Source: Candidatus Levyibacteriota bacterium
Lineage (GTDB): Bacteria; Patescibacteriota; Microgenomatia; Levybacterales; UBA12049
Reading direction: 5' to 3'
NCBI GenBank assembly: GCA_052034235.1
Contig: JBPOIT010000005.1
Location: 177,698 to 241,697 of the forward strand
DNA: 64,000 bases
Part shown: one piece after another, positions 48,340-59,200 of the stretch
Position numbering within the stretch: position 1 is the first letter of the stretch
Layout of the letters: each line of letters opens with the position of its first letter
Position numbers and translations under genes: made by a program
The notes under the pieces: generated by a model
Database searches by the model: none
Told to the model about the DNA's origin: nothing
Seen by the model: only the letters and a program-made list of their open reading frames with translations

Positions 48340-48432
48340 GAAATCCGAAATTCGAAACAAGCTAAAATTTCATAATTCAATAACACTCGTTATTGAACGA
48401 TGATTCTGAAATTTGTTTTTGTTTCGGATTTC
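48340..48432. repeat. ~93-bp palindromic intergenic element with GAAATCCGAAA/TTTCGGATTTC termini
   Basis: Has perfect 11-bp terminal inverted repeats (48340..48350 and 48422..48432). Inside are nested inverted pairs AAATTTCA/TGAAATTT and TCAATAAC-actc-GTTATTGA. It lies 10 nt before the htpX ATG. Confidence 0.6.
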
Positions 48433-48442
48433 AAGCTTAATT

Positions 48443-49336
48443 ATGACAATTTATAACGCTATTTCTTCTAATATCTGGAAAAGTTATCTTATCCTTTTCC
48501 TCTTTATCCTTTTTACGGCAACTGTTGCGTATGTCATCGTGCAGGGAGCAGGCTACGATCCTTCTTTAGGAATTTTTATTTTTATCGGTTCAGTCATTTA
48601 TAGTTTTATTAGCTATTTCAATGCAGACAAAATGGTACTCGCCACCTCAGGTGCAAAAGAAATTAAAAAGCACGATCACCCTGAACTTTTTAACCTCGTT
48701 GAAAATTTATCGATAGGTGAAGGCATGCCTATGCCCAAAATATATATCATGCATGACACGTCCCCAAACGCCTTCGCAACTGGCCGTGATCCAAAGCACG
48801 CAGCAGTCGCAGTCACGACTGGTATCCTTGAAAAATTAAATAAAACGGAACTTGAAGGTGTACTCGCACATGAACTTTCGCATATAAAAAATTATGATAC
48901 AAGACTTTTGGCAATAACAGCAGTATTGGTGGGTTTTATTTCACTGCTTGCTGATCTTTTTATGAGGCATATGTGGTGGGGAGGAATGAGAAATGATAGA
49001 AATAACAGATCAAGCAGCATTGTGCTTGTGGTGGCCATAGCACTGGCAATCCTTGCACCAGTTGTCGCAAGTCTTATACAGCTTGCAATATCACGCAGAC
49101 GTGAATTCCTCGCTGATGCATCAGGAGCACTTCTGACAAGGTATCCTGAAGGACTAGCGAGTGCCCTTGAAAAGATCTCAAGCGACCCAAAACCACTGAA
49201 AGCTGCCAACGGAGCAACTGCTCATTTATTTATCGTTAACCCCTTAAAAGGCAAAGGATTTTCAGGCTGGCTCACAAATCTATTCAGCACTCACCCACCA
49301 CTTGAAGAAAGAGTCCGAATCCTCAGATCAATGTAA
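48443..49336 (+). CDS. htpX: HtpX-like M48 zinc metalloprotease
   Basis: Has HELSHIKNYD (HExxH) and a downstream E in REFLAD, with TM segments flanking. The track ORF starts at a TTG at 48413; the ATG at 48443 (MTIYNAIS) is more likely. Confidence 0.8.
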   Translation: MTIYNAISSNIWKSYLILFLFILFTATVAYVIVQGAGYDPSLGIFIFIGSVIYSFISYFNADKMVLATSGAKEIKKHDHPELFNLVENLSIGEGMPMPKIYIMHDTSPNAFATGRDPKHAAVAVTTGILEKLNKTELEGVLAHELSHIKNYDTRLLAITAVLVGFISLLADLFMRHMWWGGMRNDRNNRSSSIVLVVAIALAILAPVVASLIQLAISRRREFLADASGALLTRYPEGLASALEKISSDPKPLKAANGATAHLFIVNPLKGKGFSGWLTNLFSTHPPLEERVRILRSM

Positions 49337-49361
49337 GAAGAAACTTTAGTATAATAGAAAT

Positions 49362-50639
49362 ATGCTAAACAATACCCTCATTGCGATAGGCAAAACACTT
49401 TCAAAGACAAGCCGACTCATGAATCGTGGGAATGGTTCAACCTGGCCTGGACATATAGCGCTTAAGGGTAATAAACAATTTATCAAACAAATTCTTGACG
49501 CTTCAAAAATTAAAATTATTATTGTCGCGGGAACGAATGGGAAGACGACTACAGCAGCGTTAATTAAAACCAGCCTTGAGCACAATGGTTTTACTGTGTT
49601 GCAAAATGATTCTGGCGCAAATCTGCTCAACGGTATCGCTTCGACAATTTTATTAAACACCAATGTTTCCGGAAAACTCAATCATGATTACGCTATTTTT
49701 GAAGTCGATGAGAATGCATTGCCGCTCATTCTTAAGCAAGTAACTCCCGATTATTTATTACTCCTGAACCTTTTTCGAGACCAATTGGATAGATATGGCG
49801 AAGTAAATACAATCGCTAGCAAATGGAAAGACGCTATTAAAAATTTACCTGAAAAAACGAAACTAATACTCAATGCAAATGATCCTCAAATCGCCTTTTT
49901 AGGCAATGATTATACAGCAACATATTTCGGTATAGAAAACGCAACAGACAATCAAACACCGCAGCATGCAGCGGATTCAATTTATTGCCCAAGATGTAAT
50001 GAAAAGCTTACGTTTAAAGCAACATATTTCTCTCATATTGGCGATTGGTATTGCAAACACTGCAAACTAAATCGACCACAAATAACGAAATCACTTGCTG
50101 CTGAGTGCGGACTTTCAGGCATTTATAACCAGTTTAATATATTGGCTGCAACACTTGTGCTTAAGCAAACGGGATTAACCGAAAAGCAAATCGGTAATTC
50201 TCTCCTTGACTTCAAACCTGCTTTTGGTAGACAAGAGATCATAAAATATAAAGATAAAAACGTACAAATTTTTCTCTCAAAAAACCCGACGAGCTTCAAT
50301 CAGTCGTTTACCGCTATTAGAGATCAAGGTGCAAAAACACTTCTCATCGTTCTCAATGACAGAATTCCCGATGGACGCGATGTTTCCTGGATCTGGGATG
50401 TGGATTTACCAGGAATTGAAAATTTCAGCCAAATATTGCTCGCTGGTGATCGGGTCTATGATATGGCCTTGCGAGTGAAATATGAAGACTATAAAAACTA
50501 CCAGACCTTTGAAAATCTCGAAGAAGCAATTGAATCTGGGACACATGCTACCGCGCAAAACGAAACATTTTTTATCCTCCCCACGTACTCTGCTATGCTT
50601 GAAGTCAGAAAAATTTTAACAGGTAAAAAAATATTATGA
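49362..50639 (+). CDS. murT: lipid II isoglutaminyl synthase subunit MurT (Mur-ligase-like)
   Basis: 425 aa. Has the Mur ligase P-loop AGTNGKTTTAALI, a DRYGE motif, a Cys4 ribbon (CPRC…CKHC) and a C-terminal DUF1727-like domain. Confidence 0.7.
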   Translation: MLNNTLIAIGKTLSKTSRLMNRGNGSTWPGHIALKGNKQFIKQILDASKIKIIIVAGTNGKTTTAALIKTSLEHNGFTVLQNDSGANLLNGIASTILLNTNVSGKLNHDYAIFEVDENALPLILKQVTPDYLLLLNLFRDQLDRYGEVNTIASKWKDAIKNLPEKTKLILNANDPQIAFLGNDYTATYFGIENATDNQTPQHAADSIYCPRCNEKLTFKATYFSHIGDWYCKHCKLNRPQITKSLAAECGLSGIYNQFNILAATLVLKQTGLTEKQIGNSLLDFKPAFGRQEIIKYKDKNVQIFLSKNPTSFNQSFTAIRDQGAKTLLIVLNDRIPDGRDVSWIWDVDLPGIENFSQILLAGDRVYDMALRVKYEDYKNYQTFENLEEAIESGTHATAQNETFFILPTYSAMLEVRKILTGKKIL

Positions 50640-51424
50640 AACAAAATTTTCATCTCAAAATCGGTTGGCTTTACCCTGAGCTCATGAGCACATACGGAGA
50701 TAGAGGGAATGTGACTGTCCTACAAAAAAGAGCTGAGTGGCGTGGCATTAAAGTTACAATACAAAAGATTGATGCTGCTACAACAGATGCAGAGTTAAGA
50801 TCAATTGATCTGCTTTTCGGCGGCGGGGCACAAGACCGTGAACAAGAAATTGTCATTGAAAACCTCAAAAAGAAGCAAAAACTTATAAAAGAACTTATCG
50901 AAAAAAATATCCCTGCACTTTTCGTTTGTGGTGCACCACAACTCATGGGTAACTATTATGAACCTGCAGAGGGTAAACGAATTGAAGGTTTGGGTATTTT
51001 TGATATGTACACGGAGCATCCAGGCGTAAATAAACCAAGACTTATCGGAAATCTCGCGGCAGAAATAATCTTGGAAAATATAAAAACGAGTCCATATACG
51101 ATTGATCCAAATCCACTTCTTGTAGGTTTTGAAAATCATGGCGGTAGAACATATTTAGGAGCTCTCGCCAAACCACTGGCTAAAGTCATTAAAGGTTTCG
51201 GTAATAATGGCGAAGACGAAACCGAAGGTGTTGTGTATAAAAACGCTATTGGCTGTTACCTTCACGGTCCTCTACTCCCAAAGAATCCCGGCCTTGCTGA
51301 TTGGCTTATTACAAAAGCGCTCGAGGTAAAATATGAGAAACACATAAAACTTGAAGTCCTTGACGATACTATTGAAGACAAGGCTAAGTCAACAATTGCG
51401 AAGAGGCTGGGTGTTGCGCTATAA
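50636..51424 (+). CDS. gatD: glutamine amidotransferase GatD (CobB/CobQ-like), partner of MurT
   Basis: 262 aa. Has a class I GATase-like Cys in FVCGAPQLMG and His in CYLHGPLLPKNP. Overlaps murT by 4 nt. Confidence 0.65.
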   Translation: MKQNFHLKIGWLYPELMSTYGDRGNVTVLQKRAEWRGIKVTIQKIDAATTDAELRSIDLLFGGGAQDREQEIVIENLKKKQKLIKELIEKNIPALFVCGAPQLMGNYYEPAEGKRIEGLGIFDMYTEHPGVNKPRLIGNLAAEIILENIKTSPYTIDPNPLLVGFENHGGRTYLGALAKPLAKVIKGFGNNGEDETEGVVYKNAIGCYLHGPLLPKNPGLADWLITKALEVKYEKHIKLEVLDDTIEDKAKSTIAKRLGVAL

Positions 51425-51431
51425 TACCGTC

Positions 51432-51716
51432 ATGAAACTCAATGTTCCCCATATCGCCAAACTCGCTAACCTCCCACTTTCTGACGAGGAAATGAAAAAG
51501 TTTGAATCCCAACTTGAGGAAACATTAACCTATGTCGACAGTCTTTCGGAAATAAACACTGATAAAGTAAAACCTACTTCAAACGTCACAGGACTTGAAA
51601 ATATTTTACGAGAAGACATTGCTCACCCATCGCTCACACAAAAACAAGCACTTTCAAATGGGAAAAACATACTTAAAGGTTCATTTGAAGTAGACGCTAT
51701 TTTAGATAATGCCTAA
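51432..51716 (+). CDS. gatC: aspartyl/glutamyl-tRNA amidotransferase subunit C
   Basis: About 94 aa, starting MKLNVPHIAKLANLPLSDEEMKKFESQLEETLTYVDSL, which is typical of GatC. The track ORF begins upstream at 51351, inside gatD. Confidence 0.75.
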   Translation: MKLNVPHIAKLANLPLSDEEMKKFESQLEETLTYVDSLSEINTDKVKPTSNVTGLENILREDIAHPSLTQKQALSNGKNILKGSFEVDAILDNA

Positions 51717-52326
51717 GCAAACACAAACAACGTTTTACATAGTCAGACACGGACAGACAGATTGGAATATAGAAAAAAAATTACAGGGACATACTGATGT
51801 TCCTTTAAATGAAACTGGAGAAATACAAGCAAAGGAACTGAGTTCGAAACTCGAAACAATAAAATTTGATTTGGCTTTTTCTTCAGATCTGTTACGGGCA
51901 AAGCGGACAGCGCAGGTAATAGCGCTTGAACAGAAATTAGCGGTCCAAACAACAGAGGTTTTACGCGAAAGAATGTTTGGAAAATTCGAGGGGCAACCAT
52001 ATAGTGCCCGGGACTCGTATTATGTATTTTTAGGAGAGTTGACACATGAGCAACGAATACATCATAAAATTGAGCCTGATATCGAAAGCGATAACGAACT
52101 AGTAACCCGTTTGATTACTTTTTTACGAGAAACAGCAGTAGTGAGTCCTGGGAAAACAATTCTTGTAGTAACGCATGGTGGACCGATACATGTACTGTTG
52201 AGACATTTTGGAGTTTTTAGTTATCAGGATAAGATTAAGGTCGGAAATACAGCGTATATTAGATTACTTTCTGACGGAGTTGATTTTTTTGTTAAGGAAC
52301 TTAATGGCATAAATCAAGTAAAATAA
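51709..52326 (+). CDS. histidine-phosphatase superfamily protein (PGM-like)
   Basis: 205 aa. Has FYIVRHGQTDWN (RHG motif) and VVTHGGPIH. It is inserted between gatC and gatA. Confidence 0.65.
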   Translation: MPKQTQTTFYIVRHGQTDWNIEKKLQGHTDVPLNETGEIQAKELSSKLETIKFDLAFSSDLLRAKRTAQVIALEQKLAVQTTEVLRERMFGKFEGQPYSARDSYYVFLGELTHEQRIHHKIEPDIESDNELVTRLITFLRETAVVSPGKTILVVTHGGPIHVLLRHFGVFSYQDKIKVGNTAYIRLLSDGVDFFVKELNGINQVK

Positions 52327-52336
52327 CTTATAAAAT

Positions 52337-53749
52337 ATGGATATTAAATCACTAACCATTACACAGACACTTGAAGATCTGAAGAATAAAAAATATTCTT
52401 CTGTCGAGCTAACAAAAGCATATTTAAAGCGCATTAAAGAGCTTGAACCAAAAATCAATGCGTTTGTGACAGTAACTGAAGAGGAAGCATTGAAAAATGC
52501 AAAAGATGCTGATGATAAGCGTTCAAAAAGTGTTGACGGAGCACTCCTTGGTGTTCCGCTTTCAATCAAAGATAACTTCTCAACAAACGGTATTCGTACA
52601 ACTGCATCAAGTAAAGTGTTGGATGATTACATTCCCCCATTTGACTCAACAGTCGTAACCAAACTCAAAGAAGCAGGCATCGTCATGCTCGGCAAAACAA
52701 ATATGGACGCCTGGGCACATGGTTCATCGACTGAAACTTCAGATTATGGCTCAAGCCGTAATCCGTGGAATACGAATCATTTACCTGGAGGTTCATCAGG
52801 TGGAGCAGCAGCGAGTATTGCAGCTGACGAAGCTGTCGCTGCAATTGGCTCTGAAACAGCAGGCTCAATTCGCCAACCAGCCAGTTGGTGCGGAGTTGTA
52901 GGTTTAAAGCCCACATACGGCCGTGTAAGCCGCTACGGCGTGGTTGCAATGGGTTCGTCACTAGATAGCCCGGGACCAATCACTAAAACCGTTGAAGACA
53001 GTGCACTCATATTACAAGTCCTGGCTGGTCAGGATCCGCATGATGCGACCACATCGCCGAATGCTGTACCTGATTACCTCAAAAATCTTAAAAAAGATAT
53101 ACACGGTTTAAAGATTGGTATATCAGAAGATTATTTTGAAGGCGTTGATCCAGAAGTAAAAGCTGCTGTAGAGGATGCAATCAAGCTTTTCGAGAAACTG
53201 GGGGCAAAGGTGAAAAAGATCAAACTCTTCCATCCAAAATACGCAATCGCAGTCTATACTATTCTTCAAAGAGCTGAGGTTTCGTCAAACCTAGCCAGGT
53301 ACGATGGTATACGGTATGGCAATGATCGTTCACATTTTGGCGACGAAGCCAAACGCCGAGTTATGCTGGGGGCATATACCCTTTCAGCTGGATATTACGA
53401 TCAATATTACAATAAGGCATTAAAAGTTAGAACCGTCATCATCGATGACTTCAATAAAGCTTTTAATGACGTCGATGTCATCGTTGGACCGACAAGTCCC
53501 ACAACTTCGCTTGCAATAGGCGCATCTGAAAACCAATCAATGTTTGGAGAACTGGCTGACGTCTTGGTCGAACCATCATCAATTGCCGGTCTTTCGGGAA
53601 TTAATGTGCCAGTTGGGTTTAATAAAGCAGGATTACCGATCGGTATGCAGATCATCGGACAACAATTTGCAGAAGAAATCGTATTAAATGCAGCCTACAA
53701 ATATGAACAAGAAAACCCGATTGTACTGACGAAAAAACCAAAATTATGA
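52337..53749 (+). CDS. gatA: Glu-tRNA(Gln)/Asp-tRNA(Asn) amidotransferase subunit A
   Basis: 470 aa. Has the amidase signature GGSSGGAAASIAA and a Ser-cisSer-Lys triad context. Confidence 0.9.
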   Translation: MDIKSLTITQTLEDLKNKKYSSVELTKAYLKRIKELEPKINAFVTVTEEEALKNAKDADDKRSKSVDGALLGVPLSIKDNFSTNGIRTTASSKVLDDYIPPFDSTVVTKLKEAGIVMLGKTNMDAWAHGSSTETSDYGSSRNPWNTNHLPGGSSGGAAASIAADEAVAAIGSETAGSIRQPASWCGVVGLKPTYGRVSRYGVVAMGSSLDSPGPITKTVEDSALILQVLAGQDPHDATTSPNAVPDYLKNLKKDIHGLKIGISEDYFEGVDPEVKAAVEDAIKLFEKLGAKVKKIKLFHPKYAIAVYTILQRAEVSSNLARYDGIRYGNDRSHFGDEAKRRVMLGAYTLSAGYYDQYYNKALKVRTVIIDDFNKAFNDVDVIVGPTSPTTSLAIGASENQSMFGELADVLVEPSSIAGLSGINVPVGFNKAGLPIGMQIIGQQFAEEIVLNAAYKYEQENPIVLTKKPKL

Positions 53750-55065
53750 GTAAATATACACCAATCATCGGCCTTGAAGTCCATGTAGAGTTAAAAACAA
53801 ACAGCAAAATGTTTTGTTCATGCCCTGCTGACTATTTTGGCAAAGATCCAAACAGCCATACTTGTCCTGTATGTCTCGGACTTCCAGGAGCCCTTCCTGT
53901 ACCAAATAAGAAAGCTATCGAGTGGTGTATAAAAATTTCCCACGCCTTAAATTGCAAGATAAATTCGTTCTCAAAATTTGATCGAAAGAACTATTACTAC
54001 CCAGATCTTGCCAAAGGATATCAAATCAGCCAATATGACTTACCATTCGGTTATGAAGGCTCCATCAAACTTTCCACAGGTAAAACGATCAGAATTACCC
54101 GGGTTCACATGGAGGAAGATACTGGCAAGCTTACTCATCAGGAAGTGAAAGGGCAAAAGACCAGTCTCATCGACTTTAACCGCAGTGGCGTGCCACTTGT
54201 TGAGATTGTTACAGAGCCAGATTTCCATGATGCGCTTGAAGTGAAGGAATACCTCCAGAAACTGCAGCAAATTGTCAGATATTTGGATGTCTCAAATGCA
54301 GACATGGACAAAGGTGAAATGCGACTTGAGCCAAATATCTCACTATCTACTGACCCAAAAAAATTACCAAATTATAAAGTCGAGGTAAAGAATATTAACT
54401 CGTTTAGTTTTGTCGAAAAAGCGATAAGATATGAAATAAAACGACAGGAAGAGATTCTTGAAGAAGGAAATCGCCCAGCACAAGAGACAAGAGGTTGGGA
54501 TGAGAATCGTCAAAAAACATTCTCACAAAGATCAAAAGAAGAAGCACATGATTACAGATATTTCCCTGAGCCAGATATTCCACCTATTATAACCTCAAAA
54601 GAGGATATTAGCAGACTAAAGTCTGAAGTGCCAGAATTACCGGAGAAAAAACTTATACGGTTTATCAAAGAATTTAGCCTCCCAGAATACGATGCAGAGA
54701 TACTCACACGAGAAAAACCATTAGCAGATTTCTTTGAAGAGGCAGTAAAAGCCGGTACTGAACAAAAAATCAAACCAAAGGAAATCGCCAATTTTATCAT
54801 CAATAAAAAAGTTGCACATCCAGAAATGACGGCACTTACTCTGGTAAATCAATTAGTCGCATCGAAAAAAACTGATGATATTGATGAAGTTGCTTTGAAA
54901 AAAATAATTGAAGAAGTACTTAGCGAAAATGTAAAGCCAGTTGAAGAATACAAGAACGGTAAAGAACAAGTACTCATGTTCCTCGTCGGTCAGACAATGA
55001 AAAAAATCGGAAAGAAAGTAGACGTGAACAAAGTAAAAATAACACTAAAAAAATCCCTCAAATAG
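53746..55065 (+). CDS. gatB: Glu-tRNA(Gln)/Asp-tRNA(Asn) amidotransferase subunit B
   Basis: 439 aa. Starts PIIGLEVHVELKTNSKMFCSC, with RVHMEEDTGK and a C-terminal GatB/YqeY domain. Shorter than typical GatB. Confidence 0.85.
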   Translation: MSKYTPIIGLEVHVELKTNSKMFCSCPADYFGKDPNSHTCPVCLGLPGALPVPNKKAIEWCIKISHALNCKINSFSKFDRKNYYYPDLAKGYQISQYDLPFGYEGSIKLSTGKTIRITRVHMEEDTGKLTHQEVKGQKTSLIDFNRSGVPLVEIVTEPDFHDALEVKEYLQKLQQIVRYLDVSNADMDKGEMRLEPNISLSTDPKKLPNYKVEVKNINSFSFVEKAIRYEIKRQEEILEEGNRPAQETRGWDENRQKTFSQRSKEEAHDYRYFPEPDIPPIITSKEDISRLKSEVPELPEKKLIRFIKEFSLPEYDAEILTREKPLADFFEEAVKAGTEQKIKPKEIANFIINKKVAHPEMTALTLVNQLVASKKTDDIDEVALKKIIEEVLSENVKPVEEYKNGKEQVLMFLVGQTMKKIGKKVDVNKVKITLKKSLK

Positions 55066-55113
55066 TAAAGTACTATTGATTACTCGTACAAAAATTGCTA
55101 ATGTTGTACTATT

Positions 55114-56172
55114 ATGCCTGAAGAACAAAATACCCATGATATTACTCATCCTGAACCAGTTCTAGGAAGTCTTCTTGCAGAACCTACTCAAGTTAAACCA
55201 TTAGTTCGTCAAGGAGAGCGAAGGCGTCATGAACGACCAACAGGGCCAGAAACAGCAAAGCAAGATGAACAATTTAGAAGAGTAATATTAATACATAAAA
55301 GATTTGGAGATGATCCTGCATTTAGAGAACTTTTTTATGAAAGAACCTCTGAGGCTCTCGAAAGATTAAAAACACTCATGCCTTCGCGTGAGACCCAAAC
55401 AGAAACGGGAGACCAAGAATTGAGCATAATTGCTGAAGTTGAAGCAACTTTCTTAGCAGAAAAAGAAATGCTGAAAAATGCAGCCGAAAAAGATAGTATA
55501 ACTGATCCATTAACAGGAGCATACAACAGAAGAGGTTTTGATCAAAAATTACTAGAAGCATTTGACGGTGTGAGAACATCAGGTAAGAGTGCAACATTAG
55601 CCGAATTGGACTTAGATCATTTTAAGAGAGTCAATGACACACTTGGACACGACGGGGGAGATATTGTTTTGGAAAAAACTGTTGAGTTTTTGAAACAAGT
55701 TTTAGGTGACAAAGGCTACATCGGACGATATGGAGGCGAAGAATTTTATATTCTTTTTCAAAACATGAATCCTCAAGAAACGAAAGATTTTCTTGAAGGC
55801 ATACGCGGAGATATGCCTAAATTTTTAAGGACACAACTCTCAGAAAAACAAATAAATACAGATCATCAACTTACTGCTAGCTGGGGTGTTGCGGCATTAT
55901 CTGCGGAGACTTCAATAGAAGATGCCAAGAAGGCTACAGATACCGCTCTTTACGCAGCTAAACAAAACGGAAGAAACCGGGTCGTCTCTTTTGAAGATAT
56001 TGAACTTGAAGAAAGAGCAGAATTGAACAACGCGGTTGAAAGCATTAAACAGCGTGCTGATCTTGCTGCAAAGGAGTTAATACGTAGAATGGAAGAATCT
56101 CCATATACAAGATGGCAAAATCGACAAGTATCACCTTCGATTCCTCTTCCTGAGGAACCGCAAAAAATATAA
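55114..56172 (+). CDS. GGDEF-domain diguanylate cyclase without a recognisable sensor domain
   Basis: 352 aa. Has LTGAYNRRGF, an RxxD-like I-site context, and the active site RYGGEEF. The ~170-aa N-terminus is charged, with no TM segment or known sensor fold. Confidence 0.8.
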   Translation: MPEEQNTHDITHPEPVLGSLLAEPTQVKPLVRQGERRRHERPTGPETAKQDEQFRRVILIHKRFGDDPAFRELFYERTSEALERLKTLMPSRETQTETGDQELSIIAEVEATFLAEKEMLKNAAEKDSITDPLTGAYNRRGFDQKLLEAFDGVRTSGKSATLAELDLDHFKRVNDTLGHDGGDIVLEKTVEFLKQVLGDKGYIGRYGGEEFYILFQNMNPQETKDFLEGIRGDMPKFLRTQLSEKQINTDHQLTASWGVAALSAETSIEDAKKATDTALYAAKQNGRNRVVSFEDIELEERAELNNAVESIKQRADLAAKELIRRMEESPYTRWQNRQVSPSIPLPEEPQKI

Positions 56173-56250
56173 ATAAATAAATTTTTTGTTAAAAACCATG
56201 AATACTTATTTGAAGAACAGCCATGCAAAATTCTGTTATAATTAATTTGC

Positions 56251-59200
56251 ATGTCAAAGTTTGTTCATCTTCATAACCACTCTGAATTTTCTCTTCTTGA
56301 CGGACTCCAGAAAACAAAAAATATGGTCGCATATGCAAAAGAACTTGGGATGGAAGCGCTTGCAATTACCGACCATGGGAACATGTACGGTACCATAAAG
56401 TTTTATAAAGCTTGCATGGATGCGGGGATTAAACCGATAATTGGCTGTGAAATTTACGTCGCCAAACGTTCACTTCATGATAAAGAAAAAGATGTCGACA
56501 AAAATTATAACCATTTGATTCTACTCGCGGAAAATGATCAAGGCTATAAAAATCTTATGAAGATTGTCACAGTAGCCAATCTCGAAGGTTACTACTACAA
56601 ACCACGCACTGATCTTGAACTTCTCAAAAAATATCATGAGGGTATTATTTGTCTGAGTGCATGCGTGAATGGCTATGTCTCAGAACCAATTATGCATGGC
56701 GATGATGCTGAAGGAGAAAAACGAGCACTCAAATTAGCCGAGATTTTCGGCCCCGATCATTTTTATCTCGAAATTCAACATCATCTAGATGTCCCTCCTC
56801 AAGAGCCTGTCAATGAAAAACTGATTGCACTCTCCAAAAAACTTGGACTCCCACTCGTTGCAACAAATGATAATCATTACACTCGAAAAGACGACGCTGA
56901 AGCACAAGAGGCACTTCTTTGTATTCAAACACAATCCACACTGCTTGATAAGAACAGAAAACTCTCAATGGTCTCCTCCCCTGACTTTTATATCAAGAGT
57001 GCCGAAGAAATGGAGAAATTATTTATCGAAACTCCGGAAGCAATTGAAAACGCAAATAAAATAGCTGAGCGATGCAATGTTGAAATAATACTTGGCAAAT
57101 GGCATATGCCAGTTTTTGAAGTCCCAGAAGGATTAACACCTGCTGAATATTTAACTCAGCTTGTGTATGAAGGTGCCGAAATACGATACAAAACGATTAC
57201 AGAAGACATTAAGGAACGTATTGAGTATGAGCTTTCAATCATCACCAAGAAAAAATATGAAACATATTTTCTCGTGGTTTCTGATTTTGTGAATTGGGCA
57301 AAAGATCAAGGAATTGCTGTCGGGCCAGGAAGAGGATCGGCTGCCGGTTCGGTCGTTGCTTACACACTAAGGATTACTGATGCTGATCCATTTTTCTTTA
57401 ATTTACCATTTGAAAGATTCCTTAACCCATATCGCCCATCAGCTCCAGATATTGATTTGGACTTTGCAGACATCAGACGTGAAGAAGTTATCGCCTATGT
57501 TACTAAAAAGTACGGCGCAGATAAAGTCGCACAGATCATTACTTTTGGTACGATGGAAGCCAAAGGTGCCGTGCGTGATGTCGGGCGTGTTATGGGTATG
57601 CCATATGCGGGACCTGACAGGATTTCTAAAATGATTCCTCCAGGTTGGCAAGGACAATCTATGACTATTGATAACGCACTGACGCAAAGTATTGATCTGA
57701 AACGGGCATACGAAAGCGAACCTGAAACAAAAAAGCTATTAAATCTAGCAAAAAAACTTGAGGGTGTTGCACGCCATGCATCAGTTCATGCAGCGGGTGT
57801 GGTGATCGCAGATAAGCCGCTTACAGAGTACACACCCCTACAGCGAGAAACGAACGGTGAAAAAGTCGTAACACAATACGATATGTACACGGTTGGTGAA
57901 GACGGCGTGGGTTTGTTAAAGATGGACTTTTTGGGTCTACGCAATTTAACGATTATCGAAGAAACTATTAAATTTATCAAAGAAAATCAAAACGTCGATA
58001 TAGACTTTACCAAAGTTGATATCACAGACGAAAAAACGTACAAACTCCTATCAGAAGGTGAAACAACAGGTATCTTCCAGCTAGAATCTGCAGGCATGAG
58101 AAGGTACATTAAAGAACTCAAACCCACATCGATATTTGATCTGCAGGCAATGGTTGCCTTGTATCGTCCAGGGCCAATGGCAAACATACCTGAATTTATT
58201 AAACGCAAACATAATCCTGAACTTATTGCATACCCTTTTCCTCAACTAAAAGAAATTCTGAAACAATCATACGGCGTGCTCACCTATCAGGATGACGTGC
58301 TGCTCTCAGTTATTGAACTAGCAGGTTATACCTGGCTTGAGGTGGACAAATTCCGAAAAGCCATGGGTAAAAAAATTGCGAGTGAAATGAAAAAGCAGGC
58401 TGAGTTATTTATTCAGGGCTGTGTTAAAAATGGTTTAACGCTGAAACAAGCTGAAGGTTTTTATGAGCTCATTGCTCCATTTGCAGGATACGGGTTTAAC
58501 AAAGCTCACGCCGCTTGTTATGCAATTATCGCTTTTCGAACAGCATATTTAAAGGCAAACTTCCCAGTTGAATTTATGTCGGCACTTCTGACAGCTGAAT
58601 CGAGAGGTACTTCCGGTCCGCAAAAAAACGAGAAAGTCAGCCAAGCAGTTGCAGAATGTAAACGACTAGGAGTTCCAATCCTCCCTCCACACATTAATAA
58701 ATCACGAACAGACTTTTCAATTGAAGACAAAACACAAGTGCGCTTCGGGCTCTCTGCTATCAAAAACGTCGGAGCAGCAGCTATTGAAACGATAATTCAA
58801 GCCCGAACCGAAAAAAAGTTTACTTCTTTTCAAGATTTTTGTATGCGCGTCAATCTAAGCACCGTCAATAAAAAAACTATGGAAAGTTTGATAAAAGCCG
58901 GAGCCATGGATAAATTTGGTAACAGAGCATCGCTTCTTATTACACTTCCTGAAATAGTCAGTAAAGTTAGTCAATTAAAAAAGCAAAGCGCTGAAGGACA
59001 GGTTTCTCTTTTTGAAGAAGAAGAAAGTTCTGCTGAAGAAATAACTTTTACAAAAGTTGATGTTGATGATTTTACAAAAATTGAGAAATTAAACTTCGAA
59101 AAAGAGTTTTTTGGGTTTTATCTTACCTCACACCCGCATATGGATACACTATCTGCAATTAAACAATATATTACTCACGAAATAGATCTACTAGAAGAAG

